Assembly (NCBI RefSeq): GCF_000743755.1
Contig: NW_014569533.1
Coordinates: forward strand, 1-64,000
Direction of reading: 5' to 3'
Length of the DNA: 64,000 bases
Source of the DNA: Blastocystis sp. subtype 4
Lineage: Eukaryota
Under the pieces are notes generated by a model that worked only from the letters and a program-made list of their open reading frames with translations, had not been told where the DNA came from and did not search any database. This document shows positions 1 to 10,331 of this stretch, one piece after another. The first letter of the stretch is position 1. Each line of letters starts with the position of its first letter. The position numbers were made by a program, and so were the translations under genes.

Positions 1-3000
1 CTCTTCCAGGCAAACAAATGCAAACTTCAACAGTAACGAGTCCAGTGACATTCCTTCAATCTGGAAGTAACACGATTGCTATTGCTATTGTTGCTATTGA
101 TGATACTCAACTCACATCCTATTTCGATACAATGGTTCGTTTGATGTCATCAGAACAATCTGAATCTCATATCTGGGAATATAGTGTAAACACATTTGGG
201 ATTTACGTTGGTTTCGAAGCTTTTGATATGTACTGTGGAACCACCATCTATTATTCATCCTGTACTGCCAATTCTCTTACTTTGACTCTATCAAACAATC
301 GTCGTGAATGGATCAGTTCTGTTCAGATTCAGAACTATTACTCTTCATCTAGCAATCAATGGGTTACTGAATTCAATCTGTATGGTCGTAACTCAGATAC
401 AGATGAATGGACACTTCTGACCAATGTAACTGGTCTCACTTATTCCACTCCTGCTCAGAAGAGAAGAATCTATTTCCCTAACAATACTCCTTACAATCAA
501 TTCAAGTTTGAGAACTTTGCTACTGGTAATTCCTCTTCCTGTTATTGGAGAGTTCAATCTCTGGATCTGTTTGCTGATAATGTGTTGGCTGATATTCCTA
601 ACTTCACTTATGATTCTTCAGTCACTGTATTCAAGGATGTTGAGATGGTTGAAGTGATTCCTCAGAATGCGGATCGTTACATGAACTTCAGAGTCTCTCC
701 TGCTTTCCCTGCTGGTATTGTGTTGGATCGTTATTCTGGTTGGATCTCAGGTACTGCCACTTCTGAGAGTGCTGTTCAAACCTACACCATCACTGCTACA
801 AAGATTAGTGGAGGAGATGTGACTGATACTATCTCTCTCTCAGTTTCAGTATGTACTGGAGGCAAGGGATTGATGACTGTTCGTTTCTATGCTGATTCTT
901 ATAAGAGTGAGAATTCATGGAAACTGTATGAAGGAAGAGGAACCTCAGGAACTGTGTTGAGATCTGTTGACGTATTTCCTGTGAAGTCAGCATATTACTA
1001 TGTTGATTTCTGTTTGAATGATGGAATCTACACATTTGAAGGAGCTGATTCATTTGGAGATGGATGGGAAAATGGAAGTGGTTACACTTTGACTGTTGAT
1101 TATGGAGAGATGGAGTTGGATATCATGGAAATGGACACTGGTGTGAAACCTGTGTATGTATCAAGTGTGTTCTCAACGTATTTCCCTTTCCAAATTGAAT
1201 ACACAGATTGGAAGGTGATACAGAGTGATGTGTCAAGTGATTGGAATACTGTCAGTTTCGATGATTCCACTTGGAACACATACAAGGCTGCTGTCATTCC
1301 TTCCACTTCTTCAATCACAACATATATCCGAAAGAGTTTCACAATGAGTGGAGTGAATGATTATCAAGTGTTGAATGTTCGAGTGAAGTATTCTGGAGGA
1401 GTGGCTGCCTATCTGAATGGAAATGTGGTTGCTCGATTCAATCTTGAAGATGATTTCGATTCAACAAGTCTATCAATCACTGATCATGATTCTACTGTGT
1501 TCTCTAAGTTCCATGTGATTCTGTCAACAGCTGGAATTCAAGAAGGCAGTAATGTATTCAGTTTCGAGATTCATCGTGGTTTGAGTGGTTCTTCTTCTGA
1601 TGCTGTTGTGTTTGATGCTACTGGAGTATTTGGAGTTGATGACTGTTCTACTGTTGTTGACTCTTATTCTTCTATCACTTCTACTGAACTGGAATCAGGT
1701 ACTCTTGCTGGAATCATGGATCTTGATCCTTACACTTATGGTGTACTGCCTAATACGATTGGAACGTATATTGATTGGACTGTTGAGAATCTGGAAGGAA
1801 GCAAATGGAACTCATTCAACATAGTTGGAGCAACCACAGTCTCTTCTTGGGGCTTTGATATCAATGCAATCCACCATATTGATGATACTGTTGTTGGACC
1901 AGTTACGATTCTGAATGCAATGAATCAGAGAGTGGTTTCTCGAACAAAGCCTCAGATTGCTGTTCCTGTGGCTCTGGCTGGATTCCGTAGATATCGATGG
2001 CAAGTCACTAAAGCCAGTTCAACAACAGTCTTGGGTTCTGTTCATACAGCCTATTGTAAGCCAACAGGATCTGTGTGTCCTTCAATTGACAGCTATCCTT
2101 CAGTGGGTGAAGGTCAAATCTCTCCTTCTTCTTGTCCTGAGGGTTACAGTGGCTATTCATATCGTGAGTGTTCTGGAGGTGTGTTGGGTGAAGTGAAGAT
2201 GGATCATTGTGTATTCTTTACTCGAATCTACCTTCCTTCATCTTCCTATTCCTTTCTCATTCATCAATCCATCTCATTCACTATTGATATGAACAATGTC
2301 ACAAATTGTATCATCACTCCTTCTCTTCCTCAAGGGCTCATTCTTGATATTTCTTCTTGTACTGTCTCTGGTACTTTTACTTCCTCTTTTTTCTCTTCTT
2401 ACACTGTTACTGCCATTTCTGATTCAAACACTTTCATCCGTATTGTATCAATTGAGATCATTTCATCTCTCATCTCATATCCTCAAACCAATCTCATCAT
2501 TGGTCAAGGACTATCCTTCTCTATCACTCCCAATCTCACCAAAGTCTCTACTATCTCCATTGTCTCAGGATCACTTCCTATTGGTCTATCTATCAATCCA
2601 TCAACTGGAGTCATCTCTGGATCTCCTTCTCAATTACTCTCTTCTCAATCAGTCACAATTGAAGCAATGAGTGGAACAGCAATTCAAACTGTTGTTCTTT
2701 CATTCACTGTTATCACTCCTATCTCTTCATTCTCTTATTCTCAATCATCTTATGTTATATCAAAGAATCATCCATTCTCAATCATTCCTACTGTTGATGG
2801 AGATGATCTATCATTCTCTATCATATCAGGATCCCTTCCTATTGGACTATCACTCAATTCAATAACTGGAGTCATTTCTGGATCTCCTTCTCAATCCATA
2901 ATATCTCAATCAGTCACAATCAAAGCATTCAATCAAGTGAGTGATCAAACTATCTCACTCATATTCATGGTGCTCGCTTCCATCACTTCATTCTCTTATT

Positions 3001-6000
3001 CTCAATCATCCTATGTTCTGACAAAGAACAATCCATTCTCTATCATGCCTTCTGTTGATGGAAATGATCTTTCATTCTCTATCATATCAGGATCTCTTCC
3101 TGTTGGACTCTCACTCAATCCATCAACAGGAGTCATCTCTGGATCTCCTTCTCAATCTGTTATATCTCAGTCGGTTACTATCAAAGCATTCAATCAAGTG
3201 AGTGATCGATCATTCTCAATCACATTCACTATTCTCACTCCTATCTCCTCATTCGCATATCCTCAGTCTTCCTATATCCTATCAGCTGGTGTATCATTCT
3301 CTGTCTCTCCTACTGTCAATGGAGATGATCTATCATTCTCAATCACTTCAGGATCACTCCCCAATGGATTGTCTCTCAATCCCTCAACTGGTGTGATATC
3401 TGGAACTCCATCCCTATTCATTCTATTACAATCAGTTACTATCAAAGCATCGAATGAAGTGAGTGATCAATCATTCTCTCTTTCATTCACTGTTCTTCAA
3501 TCCATCTCGTTGTTCTCATATCCTCAGTCATTTTATGTTCTATCAAAGAACAGTCCATTTTCGGCTACTCCTTCAATCACTGGAGATGGTTTATCATTCT
3601 CTATTACATCAGGATCACTTCCTATTGGTCTGTCTCTAAATCCATCAACTGGGGTTATCTCAGGATCTCCATCTCAGTTTGTGATATCTCATTCAGTCAC
3701 AATCAAAGCATTCAATCAAGTGAGTGATCTTTCTGTTACACTCACATTCACAGTACTCACTTCCATCACTTCATTCTCTTATCCTCAAACTGTTTATGTT
3801 CTTGCAAAGGATCAATCATTCTCTGTGACTCCTATTGTTGATGGAGATGATTTATCATTCTCTATCACATCAGGAGCGCTTCCTACTGGTTTGACTCTCA
3901 ATGAATCAACTGGAGTCATATCTGGAATCCCTTCTCAATCTGTTATATCTCAATCAGTCACAATCAAAGTGTCGAATGAAGTGAGTGATCGATCATTCTC
4001 TCTCTCATTCACTGTTCTCACTCCTATCTCTTCATTCTCATATCCTCAATCATCCTATGTTCTATCCAAGAATCATCCATTCTCTGTCTCTCCTTCAGTC
4101 AATGGAGATGGTCTGTCATTCTCAATCATATCAGGATCTCTTCCTATTGGACTATCACTCAATCCATCAAATGGAGTCATATCTGGAATCCCTTCTCAAT
4201 CCACATCATCTCAATCTCTCACAATCAAAGCATTCAATGAAGTGAGCAATCAGTCATTCTCTCTTTCATTCACCGTTCTTCAATCCATCACGTCATTCTC
4301 ATATTCGCAGTCATCCTATGTTCTCTCAAGGAATGAATCATTCTCCACAACTCCTTCTGTCAATGGGGATGATCTATTGTTCTCTATCACATCAGGATCT
4401 CTTCCTATTGGTCTCTTGCTAAACTCAACAACTGGAGTGATATCAGGTATTCCATCTCAATCTGTGTCATCTCAATCAGTCACAATCAAAGCATCAAATG
4501 AACTGAGTGATCGATCATTCTCTATCTCATTCACTGTTCTCACTCCTATCTCTTCATTCTCTTATCCTCAGTCATCCTATGTTCTATCCAAGAATGAATC
4601 ATTTTCAATCACTCCTTCTGTGAATGGAGATGATCTTTCATTTACTATTTCATCAGGATCGTTTCCTGTTGGATTGTTTCTCAACTCTACAACAGGAGTG
4701 ATATCTGGTTCTCCTTCTCAATCTGTCATATCTCAATCAGTCACAATCAAAGCATCTAATCAAGTGAGTAATCAGTCGTTCTCTATCCTATTCACAATTC
4801 TCACTCCAATCACTTCTTTCAACTATCCTCAGTCTTCACTTATTCTATCAACTGGTGAATCATGTTCTATCCCTCCTTCTGTGAATGGAGATGATCTATC
4901 ATTCTCTATCATAATAGGATCTCTTCCAACTGGACTCAATCTAAACCCTTCGACGGGAGTCATATCTGGTTCTCCTTCTCAATTTGTAATAATGCAATCA
5001 GTCACAATCAAAGCATCAAATGATGTGAGTGATCGATCATTCTCTCTATCATTTACCATTCTTCAGTCTATCTCTTCATTCTCGTATCCTCAGTCTTCTT
5101 TCGTTTTGGCAAAGAATAGTTCGTTTTCTGTCACTCCTTCCATCACTGGAGATGGTTTGTCATTCTCGATTACATCAGGATCACTTCCTATTGGTCTGTC
5201 TCTAGATTCTTCTTCTGGTATCATTTTTGGTTCTCCTTCTCAGTTTGTGTTATCTCAATCAGTCACAATCAATGCTCACAATCAAGTGAGTGATCGATTT
5301 GTCATTCTCACATTCTCTATTCTCACTCCTATCACTTCATTCTCATATTCTCATTCTTCAATTGCTCTATCAAAGAATGAGTCATTCTCTTTCTCTCCTA
5401 CTGTTGATGGAGATGATCTTTCATTCTCTATCTCATCAGGATTTCTTCCTATTGGTCTATCTCTCAATTCAACAACTGGAATCATATCTGGAACTCCTTC
5501 TCAATCAGTATTATCTCAGTCAGTTACTATCAAGGCATTCAATGAAGTGAGTAATCGATCATTCTCTCTTTCATTCACTGTTCTCACTCCTATCTCTTCA
5601 TTTTCATATTCTCAATCATTCTATGTCCTATCAATAGATGAATCATTCTCTGTGATTCCTACTGTTGATGGAGATGAACTCTCATTCTCTATCTCATCAG
5701 GATATCTTCCAATTGGTCTATCTATCAATTCAACAACTGGAATCATATCAGGAACTCCTTCTCAATCTGTCAAATCACAGTCAATCATTATCAAAGCATT
5801 GAATGAAGTTAGTGATCAATCATTCTCTCTTTCATTCACCATTCTTCAATCGATCACTTCATTCTCTTATCCTCAGTCATCCTATGTTCTATCTAAGAAT
5901 GATCCTGTTTCAATCACTCCTTCAGTCAATGGAGATGAACTCTCATTCTCAATCACATCAGGATCTCTTCTTATTGGATTGTCTCTAAATCTATCAAATG

Positions 6001-7145
6001 GCATGATATCTGGAATCCCTTCTCAATTTGTGATATCTCAATCGATAACAATCAAAGCATCCAATGAAGTGAGTAATCGATTATTCTCTCTTTCATTCAC
6101 TGTTCTCACTCCTATCTCTTCATTCTCATATTCTCAATCATCCTATGTTCTATCAATAGATGAATCATTCTCAATCATTCCTACAGTTAATGGAGATGGT
6201 CTGTCTTTCTCTATCACATCAGGATCTCTTCCACTTGGGCTCATTCTAGACTCAACAACTGGAATGATATCAGGTATTCTGTCTCAATCTGTGTCATCTC
6301 AATCAGTCACAATCAAAGCATCAAATGAACTGAGTGGTCGATTGTATCCTCTTTCATTTTCTGTTCTAATTCCTATCTCTTCATTCTCTTATCCTCAGAC
6401 TTATTATATCCTTGCTGTTGGAGAAGACTATTCTGCTTCACCAGAAATACAAGCAACCAATCCTTTCTTCTCCATCTCATCAGGATCTCTTCCTATTGGT
6501 CTATCACTCAATCCAACAACTGGCTTGATATCTGGAATTCCATCTCAATCAGTTTCATCTCTATTGGTAACAATCAAAGTATCGAATGAACTGAGTGATC
6601 AATCATTCTCAATCACATTCACTATTATCACTCGTATCTCTTCATTCTCTTATCCTCAGTCATCCTATGTTCTATCAATATATAAATCATTCTCTGTGAT
6701 TCCTACTGTTGATGGAGATGGACACTTCTTTATCTCATCAGGATCACTTCCTATTGGTCTCTCTCTAAATCCATCCAGTGGAATGATATCAGGAACTCCT
6801 TCAACTGCAATCGAGTCTACGTCTCTCACAGTTGAAGTTTGCAATCTAATTGGATGTACCCAAACTCAATTATCCTTTAGTGTGAAGGCTCTATCATCTC
6901 TATCAATCCTTCTAATCTCTCTTGCTGTTCTCATTCTCATTATTGTTGTTATTGGTATCATTCGAAAGAAATCTCACATGCATTTGTATCGGAAGCGTGG
7001 ATCTCGGAAGCTTCCGATCTCGTACCCAACTAAGTTGAACCATACTCCTCAAACTGAGAAACCATCTATCTCAGTTGATAATCCACCTAATATGCTATCT
7101 AATATTACAGTTTATGATCCTCCAACCCCTTCTCATTCATCATAA
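1..7145 (+). CDS. Giant type I membrane/surface protein, 5'-partial: beta-sandwich/carbohydrate-binding-like N-terminal region, ~17-18 putative Ig (He_PIG-like) repeats, one TM helix, short cytosolic tail
   Basis: Uninterrupted 2375-aa ORF; the frame is open upstream of nt 18 (LPGKQ-M). Repeated 'FSITSGSLPIGLSLNPSTGVISGTP' motif. C-terminal hydrophobic helix LSILLISLAVLILIIVVIGII is followed by RKK. Confidence 0.85.
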   Translation, partial: LPGKQMQTSTVTSPVTFLQSGSNTIAIAIVAIDDTQLTSYFDTMVRLMSSEQSESHIWEYSVNTFGIYVGFEAFDMYCGTTIYYSSCTANSLTLTLSNNRREWISSVQIQNYYSSSSNQWVTEFNLYGRNSDTDEWTLLTNVTGLTYSTPAQKRRIYFPNNTPYNQFKFENFATGNSSSCYWRVQSLDLFADNVLADIPNFTYDSSVTVFKDVEMVEVIPQNADRYMNFRVSPAFPAGIVLDRYSGWISGTATSESAVQTYTITATKISGGDVTDTISLSVSVCTGGKGLMTVRFYADSYKSENSWKLYEGRGTSGTVLRSVDVFPVKSAYYYVDFCLNDGIYTFEGADSFGDGWENGSGYTLTVDYGEMELDIMEMDTGVKPVYVSSVFSTYFPFQIEYTDWKVIQSDVSSDWNTVSFDDSTWNTYKAAVIPSTSSITTYIRKSFTMSGVNDYQVLNVRVKYSGGVAAYLNGNVVARFNLEDDFDSTSLSITDHDSTVFSKFHVILSTAGIQEGSNVFSFEIHRGLSGSSSDAVVFDATGVFGVDDCSTVVDSYSSITSTELESGTLAGIMDLDPYTYGVLPNTIGTYIDWTVENLEGSKWNSFNIVGATTVSSWGFDINAIHHIDDTVVGPVTILNAMNQRVVSRTKPQIAVPVALAGFRRYRWQVTKASSTTVLGSVHTAYCKPTGSVCPSIDSYPSVGEGQISPSSCPEGYSGYSYRECSGGVLGEVKMDHCVFFTRIYLPSSSYSFLIHQSISFTIDMNNVTNCIITPSLPQGLILDISSCTVSGTFTSSFFSSYTVTAISDSNTFIRIVSIEIISSLISYPQTNLIIGQGLSFSITPNLTKVSTISIVSGSLPIGLSINPSTGVISGSPSQLLSSQSVTIEAMSGTAIQTVVLSFTVITPISSFSYSQSSYVISKNHPFSIIPTVDGDDLSFSIISGSLPIGLSLNSITGVISGSPSQSIISQSVTIKAFNQVSDQTISLIFMVLASITSFSYSQSSYVLTKNNPFSIMPSVDGNDLSFSIISGSLPVGLSLNPSTGVISGSPSQSVISQSVTIKAFNQVSDRSFSITFTILTPISSFAYPQSSYILSAGVSFSVSPTVNGDDLSFSITSGSLPNGLSLNPSTGVISGTPSLFILLQSVTIKASNEVSDQSFSLSFTVLQSISLFSYPQSFYVLSKNSPFSATPSITGDGLSFSITSGSLPIGLSLNPSTGVISGSPSQFVISHSVTIKAFNQVSDLSVTLTFTVLTSITSFSYPQTVYVLAKDQSFSVTPIVDGDDLSFSITSGALPTGLTLNESTGVISGIPSQSVISQSVTIKVSNEVSDRSFSLSFTVLTPISSFSYPQSSYVLSKNHPFSVSPSVNGDGLSFSIISGSLPIGLSLNPSNGVISGIPSQSTSSQSLTIKAFNEVSNQSFSLSFTVLQSITSFSYSQSSYVLSRNESFSTTPSVNGDDLLFSITSGSLPIGLLLNSTTGVISGIPSQSVSSQSVTIKASNELSDRSFSISFTVLTPISSFSYPQSSYVLSKNESFSITPSVNGDDLSFTISSGSFPVGLFLNSTTGVISGSPSQSVISQSVTIKASNQVSNQSFSILFTILTPITSFNYPQSSLILSTGESCSIPPSVNGDDLSFSIIIGSLPTGLNLNPSTGVISGSPSQFVIMQSVTIKASNDVSDRSFSLSFTILQSISSFSYPQSSFVLAKNSSFSVTPSITGDGLSFSITSGSLPIGLSLDSSSGIIFGSPSQFVLSQSVTINAHNQVSDRFVILTFSILTPITSFSYSHSSIALSKNESFSFSPTVDGDDLSFSISSGFLPIGLSLNSTTGIISGTPSQSVLSQSVTIKAFNEVSNRSFSLSFTVLTPISSFSYSQSFYVLSIDESFSVIPTVDGDELSFSISSGYLPIGLSINSTTGIISGTPSQSVKSQSIIIKALNEVSDQSFSLSFTILQSITSFSYPQSSYVLSKNDPVSITPSVNGDELSFSITSGSLLIGLSLNLSNGMISGIPSQFVISQSITIKASNEVSNRLFSLSFTVLTPISSFSYSQSSYVLSIDESFSIIPTVNGDGLSFSITSGSLPLGLILDSTTGMISGILSQSVSSQSVTIKASNELSGRLYPLSFSVLIPISSFSYPQTYYILAVGEDYSASPEIQATNPFFSISSGSLPIGLSLNPTTGLISGIPSQSVSSLLVTIKVSNELSDQSFSITFTIITRISSFSYPQSSYVLSIYKSFSVIPTVDGDGHFFISSGSLPIGLSLNPSSGMISGTPSTAIESTSLTVEVCNLIGCTQTQLSFSVKALSSLSILLISLAVLILIIVVIGIIRKKSHMHLYRKRGSRKLPISYPTKLNHTPQTEKPSISVDNPPNMLSNITVYDPPTPSHSS
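2480..6880 (+). repeat. Coding tandem repeat array, 261-nt (87-aa) unit, about 17 copies
   Basis: The unit marker 'gtgatc(g/a)atcattctc' and variants recurs near 2941, 3202, 3985, 4507, 5029, 5551 and 6595, all multiples of 261 nt apart. Confidence 0.9.
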
Positions 7146-7989
7146 AGTGCCTCTTATCTATATTATCTGTAATAATAACTACCTGTTCTGTTGTATCTGT
7201 TTGTGATGCGTCAAACTAGTAACTGAACAGTCAATAACATAAACACTCAATTCATATGTTCGTTATTAAATAATAACATCTCAAACTAGTACTACTATAC
7301 TCTATTCAAACAAATCTCCTTCATTATCACCAATTCTGTCCATTTTCTGTGTCATCATTACAATCAGTTCTTTATTATAGATATAAAGACTATTCAAATA
7401 GCTTGTCCTTGATATCTTCACAACTATTTCATGATTGGTGGAGTTCGAAATCGAAATGCAAACGATTCTGGTTTGGATTGTTGTTTTGGATTGTCATGAT
7501 TCCTATTCTATCATTCCCATTCTACAAGATAGTGAGTTACACTTATATGGGCGTTCGAATTGCTATCAACAGTAGCGTGGTGATTCAGAGATGGTGACAA
7601 AACAGTTATTTGTTAATTTGGTTGAGATGGCAATGGAGATACATTTATTATTATTGGTACAGATACTGGCCTCTAGCATAATCGTTCTGTGTGAGGCACT
7701 TCAAGAATGATAGAGTTATCAGTTATAGACATATGGTTTAGAGAGTCACATTCGTTACAGTTGGTATCTGTATTCATTCTGAGTTTCTTTGTTTCATCAG
7801 ATAAATCAACAAACAGAATGAATAGAGTTCTGAAATCATCTTGTTCGATAAGTAGTCGCACCTTACTCTCCTTTACTGTATCATAGTAGCAGACTCCTCC
7901 GTATCTCCACTTCAAATCACAAACTGCAATTCTGTATCCATTAAGTCAAAGACTCATTGAACAGATGGAGCAACCCGATTCGATTAGAC

Positions 7990-8290
7990 TGAAGAATGAA
8001 TCAGGGAATGAGGATAAAGTGAGTAATTGTATTTGTTTTGAATGGAATGAGAGTGTATGAAAGAGGACTTGTTCGAGAGGGAGCAGAGTATAGAAATGAT
8101 TAAAACGAGACAAATTGAGTGAGAATGGAAAGGTGATATGAAATGGAAGACAGATGAAGGTGAATATGGTAATGGTTGTTTGAAGAAAGTGAATGGATTT
8201 GTGCTTAATGAATTGATAATGATTGAGATGCCTAAACCCTAACCAATATATTCGAAGAGATGTTATTGTTTACAATGAAAGTAATAGAGT
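7990..8290 (+). pseudogene. Possible decayed fragment of an LRR-like multigene family
   Basis: Purine-rich low-complexity DNA containing a short frame YGNGCLKKVNGFVLNEL reminiscent of protist LRR repeats; no intact ORF. Confidence 0.2.
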
Positions 8291-8776
8291 ATTCCAAAAG
8301 TCAGAACCCTCTAGATTCACTCTCTCTTTCTTTCGATTCTGAGTGAGCATTGGTAGCTATAACACAATAATGAATTCTCACTGTTTACCTATGATCAATC
8401 ACATCACTCATCTTCTTCAATCATGGATATTAAGCAACTTATATTATCTTATTTATCAAACTGGCAGTACTCACAGTCCTTGTATAGAAACATCACCTTG
8501 AGATCCATCATCCAAACCATCTACATGTCACGAAAGCCACCATATGACGATAGCACCTCCGTTCAGTTTTCCAACTACATAATACAGTTCCAAACACATA
8601 AGCAATAACTAATAAATTCTCCCCTATTTCCGGTATTCCCCTTTTACCAGTCCTGCAAAAACCAAATTCATCCTCTTCTTATGAAGTGTCTGTTTCTAGA
8701 CGATTTTCGTTCCCAAAGTTAGGTTAAACAGTATCTCTTCTCTGTGCAAGTAAAGTAGCCATTGTTCTCTGTTGGG

Positions 8777-10278
8777 ATGTTTGACCAATCTTCACTGGAT
8801 CTATCCAACCGAAGAAGTAAAAGAAGAGATTATCTCTTTTCAAGAGTAGGTCTGTCTCGTTATCAATGAAATATAGAGAATTCCATCCACAAGGGATTAC
8901 TATCCTACTTCGGGAGAATTTGTATCTACAACGTCCTCAGAATGGGATCTATTTGATTTTCCTGACTCATCGTTGCCAAGTTATGATTATCCCACTTTTT
9001 CAGAGTCCTATAGAACGAATTCTAGTCTTTTTTCAGATGATCACTGTACTAGAGATATCCATTGATAAAGTATAGTTTCTTCAAGTTATCGTGCACCTTT
9101 TGGAGGATCGTCCTTATTATCGGAGCCAGATTCTCTCTTTGATTCTTTTTCCTATTCTCGTTATCCTTATTCATCTGAGAATCCATGTACTTCTGAGGAT
9201 TCTTATTCTTTGGATCCATTTTCCTATTCCACGAATGACTCGTTTCGGCATCCGGCTGTGTCTTCCAAATTAAATGCAAATGCTCCGGAGTTTGTCTTGT
9301 CGTCTACAAAAAGTGAAGTCAAGCAGGAAGAACCTGAAGAGGAATGTCATTTTGAGGAACAAGAAGAACCTGAGGAGGTGGTCGAAAATAGTCCTATCCC
9401 TGAGGAAGATTCTGTTAATGAGGAAGTTAACATAGTAGACAAAGCAAAGGAGAGTCCGCTTGTTGAGCCGGAAAATGATATTGTGGAGAGTACAGTACCT
9501 CCAATGAAGGAAGAGACTCTCCCAGCAGTAGAGAAGGCTGATATGAGAAAACCAACAAAACCTCTACCGAAATTGCGTCCTCAGCCCAAAACAGTTTCTA
9601 CGGGATCCAAAGTCAAGAAACAACCTGAAAAGAAGAAACGAACAAAGAAGCGAAAGATTGTGAAGACAGTCTCGTCTCCATCTGAAGAACCTCTGGTTCA
9701 TCCACCTGCTCATTCCTCATTCCGCATCCTACATTCAATTTTCTCCTTCTCTTCTAATGCCATTCAGAAAGCTATACTCTATCTCAATCATCAAGAGACA
9801 ACTGTTCTTCTTGTCAATTTCCTCTTCCTCTTGCTCTATACTCTTGTATAACTTTCATTACTCAATTCACTCATAGAATCTCTCATTGAAATTGAAACTC
9901 ACTGTTATATCACTCGTTCTATTCTTTCTGGCACAATCCCCATCGGCATCATCGCTTCTTCACATCATCAGCTTTGTGTTCCCTATCGTCTCCACTTGCT
10001 TGCTTTTTAAACGTTTCATTGGATTTGCACAGCCGTTATCCTGTAAGTCTCTCTCTAGGCATGATCATGTAGACATCTATTGCAATCTCTTTGCATTTAT
10101 CATTGTCTCCCTCTGTAGAAAACCCTGTTATGACGGAGGGTTTCTACTTCTATATCTCATTCAATTCATCATCCTCTGTCTTTATCATTCCTTTGTGTCT
10201 TATCGAAGTTTCTTTTTATTCTTGGCGGTAGCTATTAATGCTATTTGGTCCTACTTTGTTTTTTTCAATTTCCCGTGA
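8777..10278 (+). CDS. Multi-pass membrane protein with Ser-rich N-terminus and PAM2 (PABP-interacting) motif
   Basis: ATG at 8777; three ~30-nt GT-AG introns join the fragments in frame. SKLNANAPEFV at 9264-9296 matches the PAM2 consensus. Several hydrophobic helices at 9800-10270. Confidence 0.65.
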
Positions 10279-10331
10279 TTTTAACACATCTTTGGTTTTG
10301 ATCAATCTTCCACTAGAATAACTTGAGTGTC

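Noticed and set aside
829..5988. Short alternative-frame ORFs inside the giant surface gene
   Set aside because: By-products of repetitive T/C-rich codons.
2480..6880. Regular repeats that could be mistaken for CRISPR or satellite DNA
   Set aside because: Contiguous 261-nt protein-coding units without spacers, in a eukaryotic context.
8231..8244. CCTAAACCCTAACC telomere-like sequence
   Set aside because: Only about two imperfect units; insufficient for a telomere or interstitial array.
7349..8608. Short ORFs between the surface gene and the PAM2 gene
   Set aside because: No coherent exon chain or motif; probably decayed fragments.
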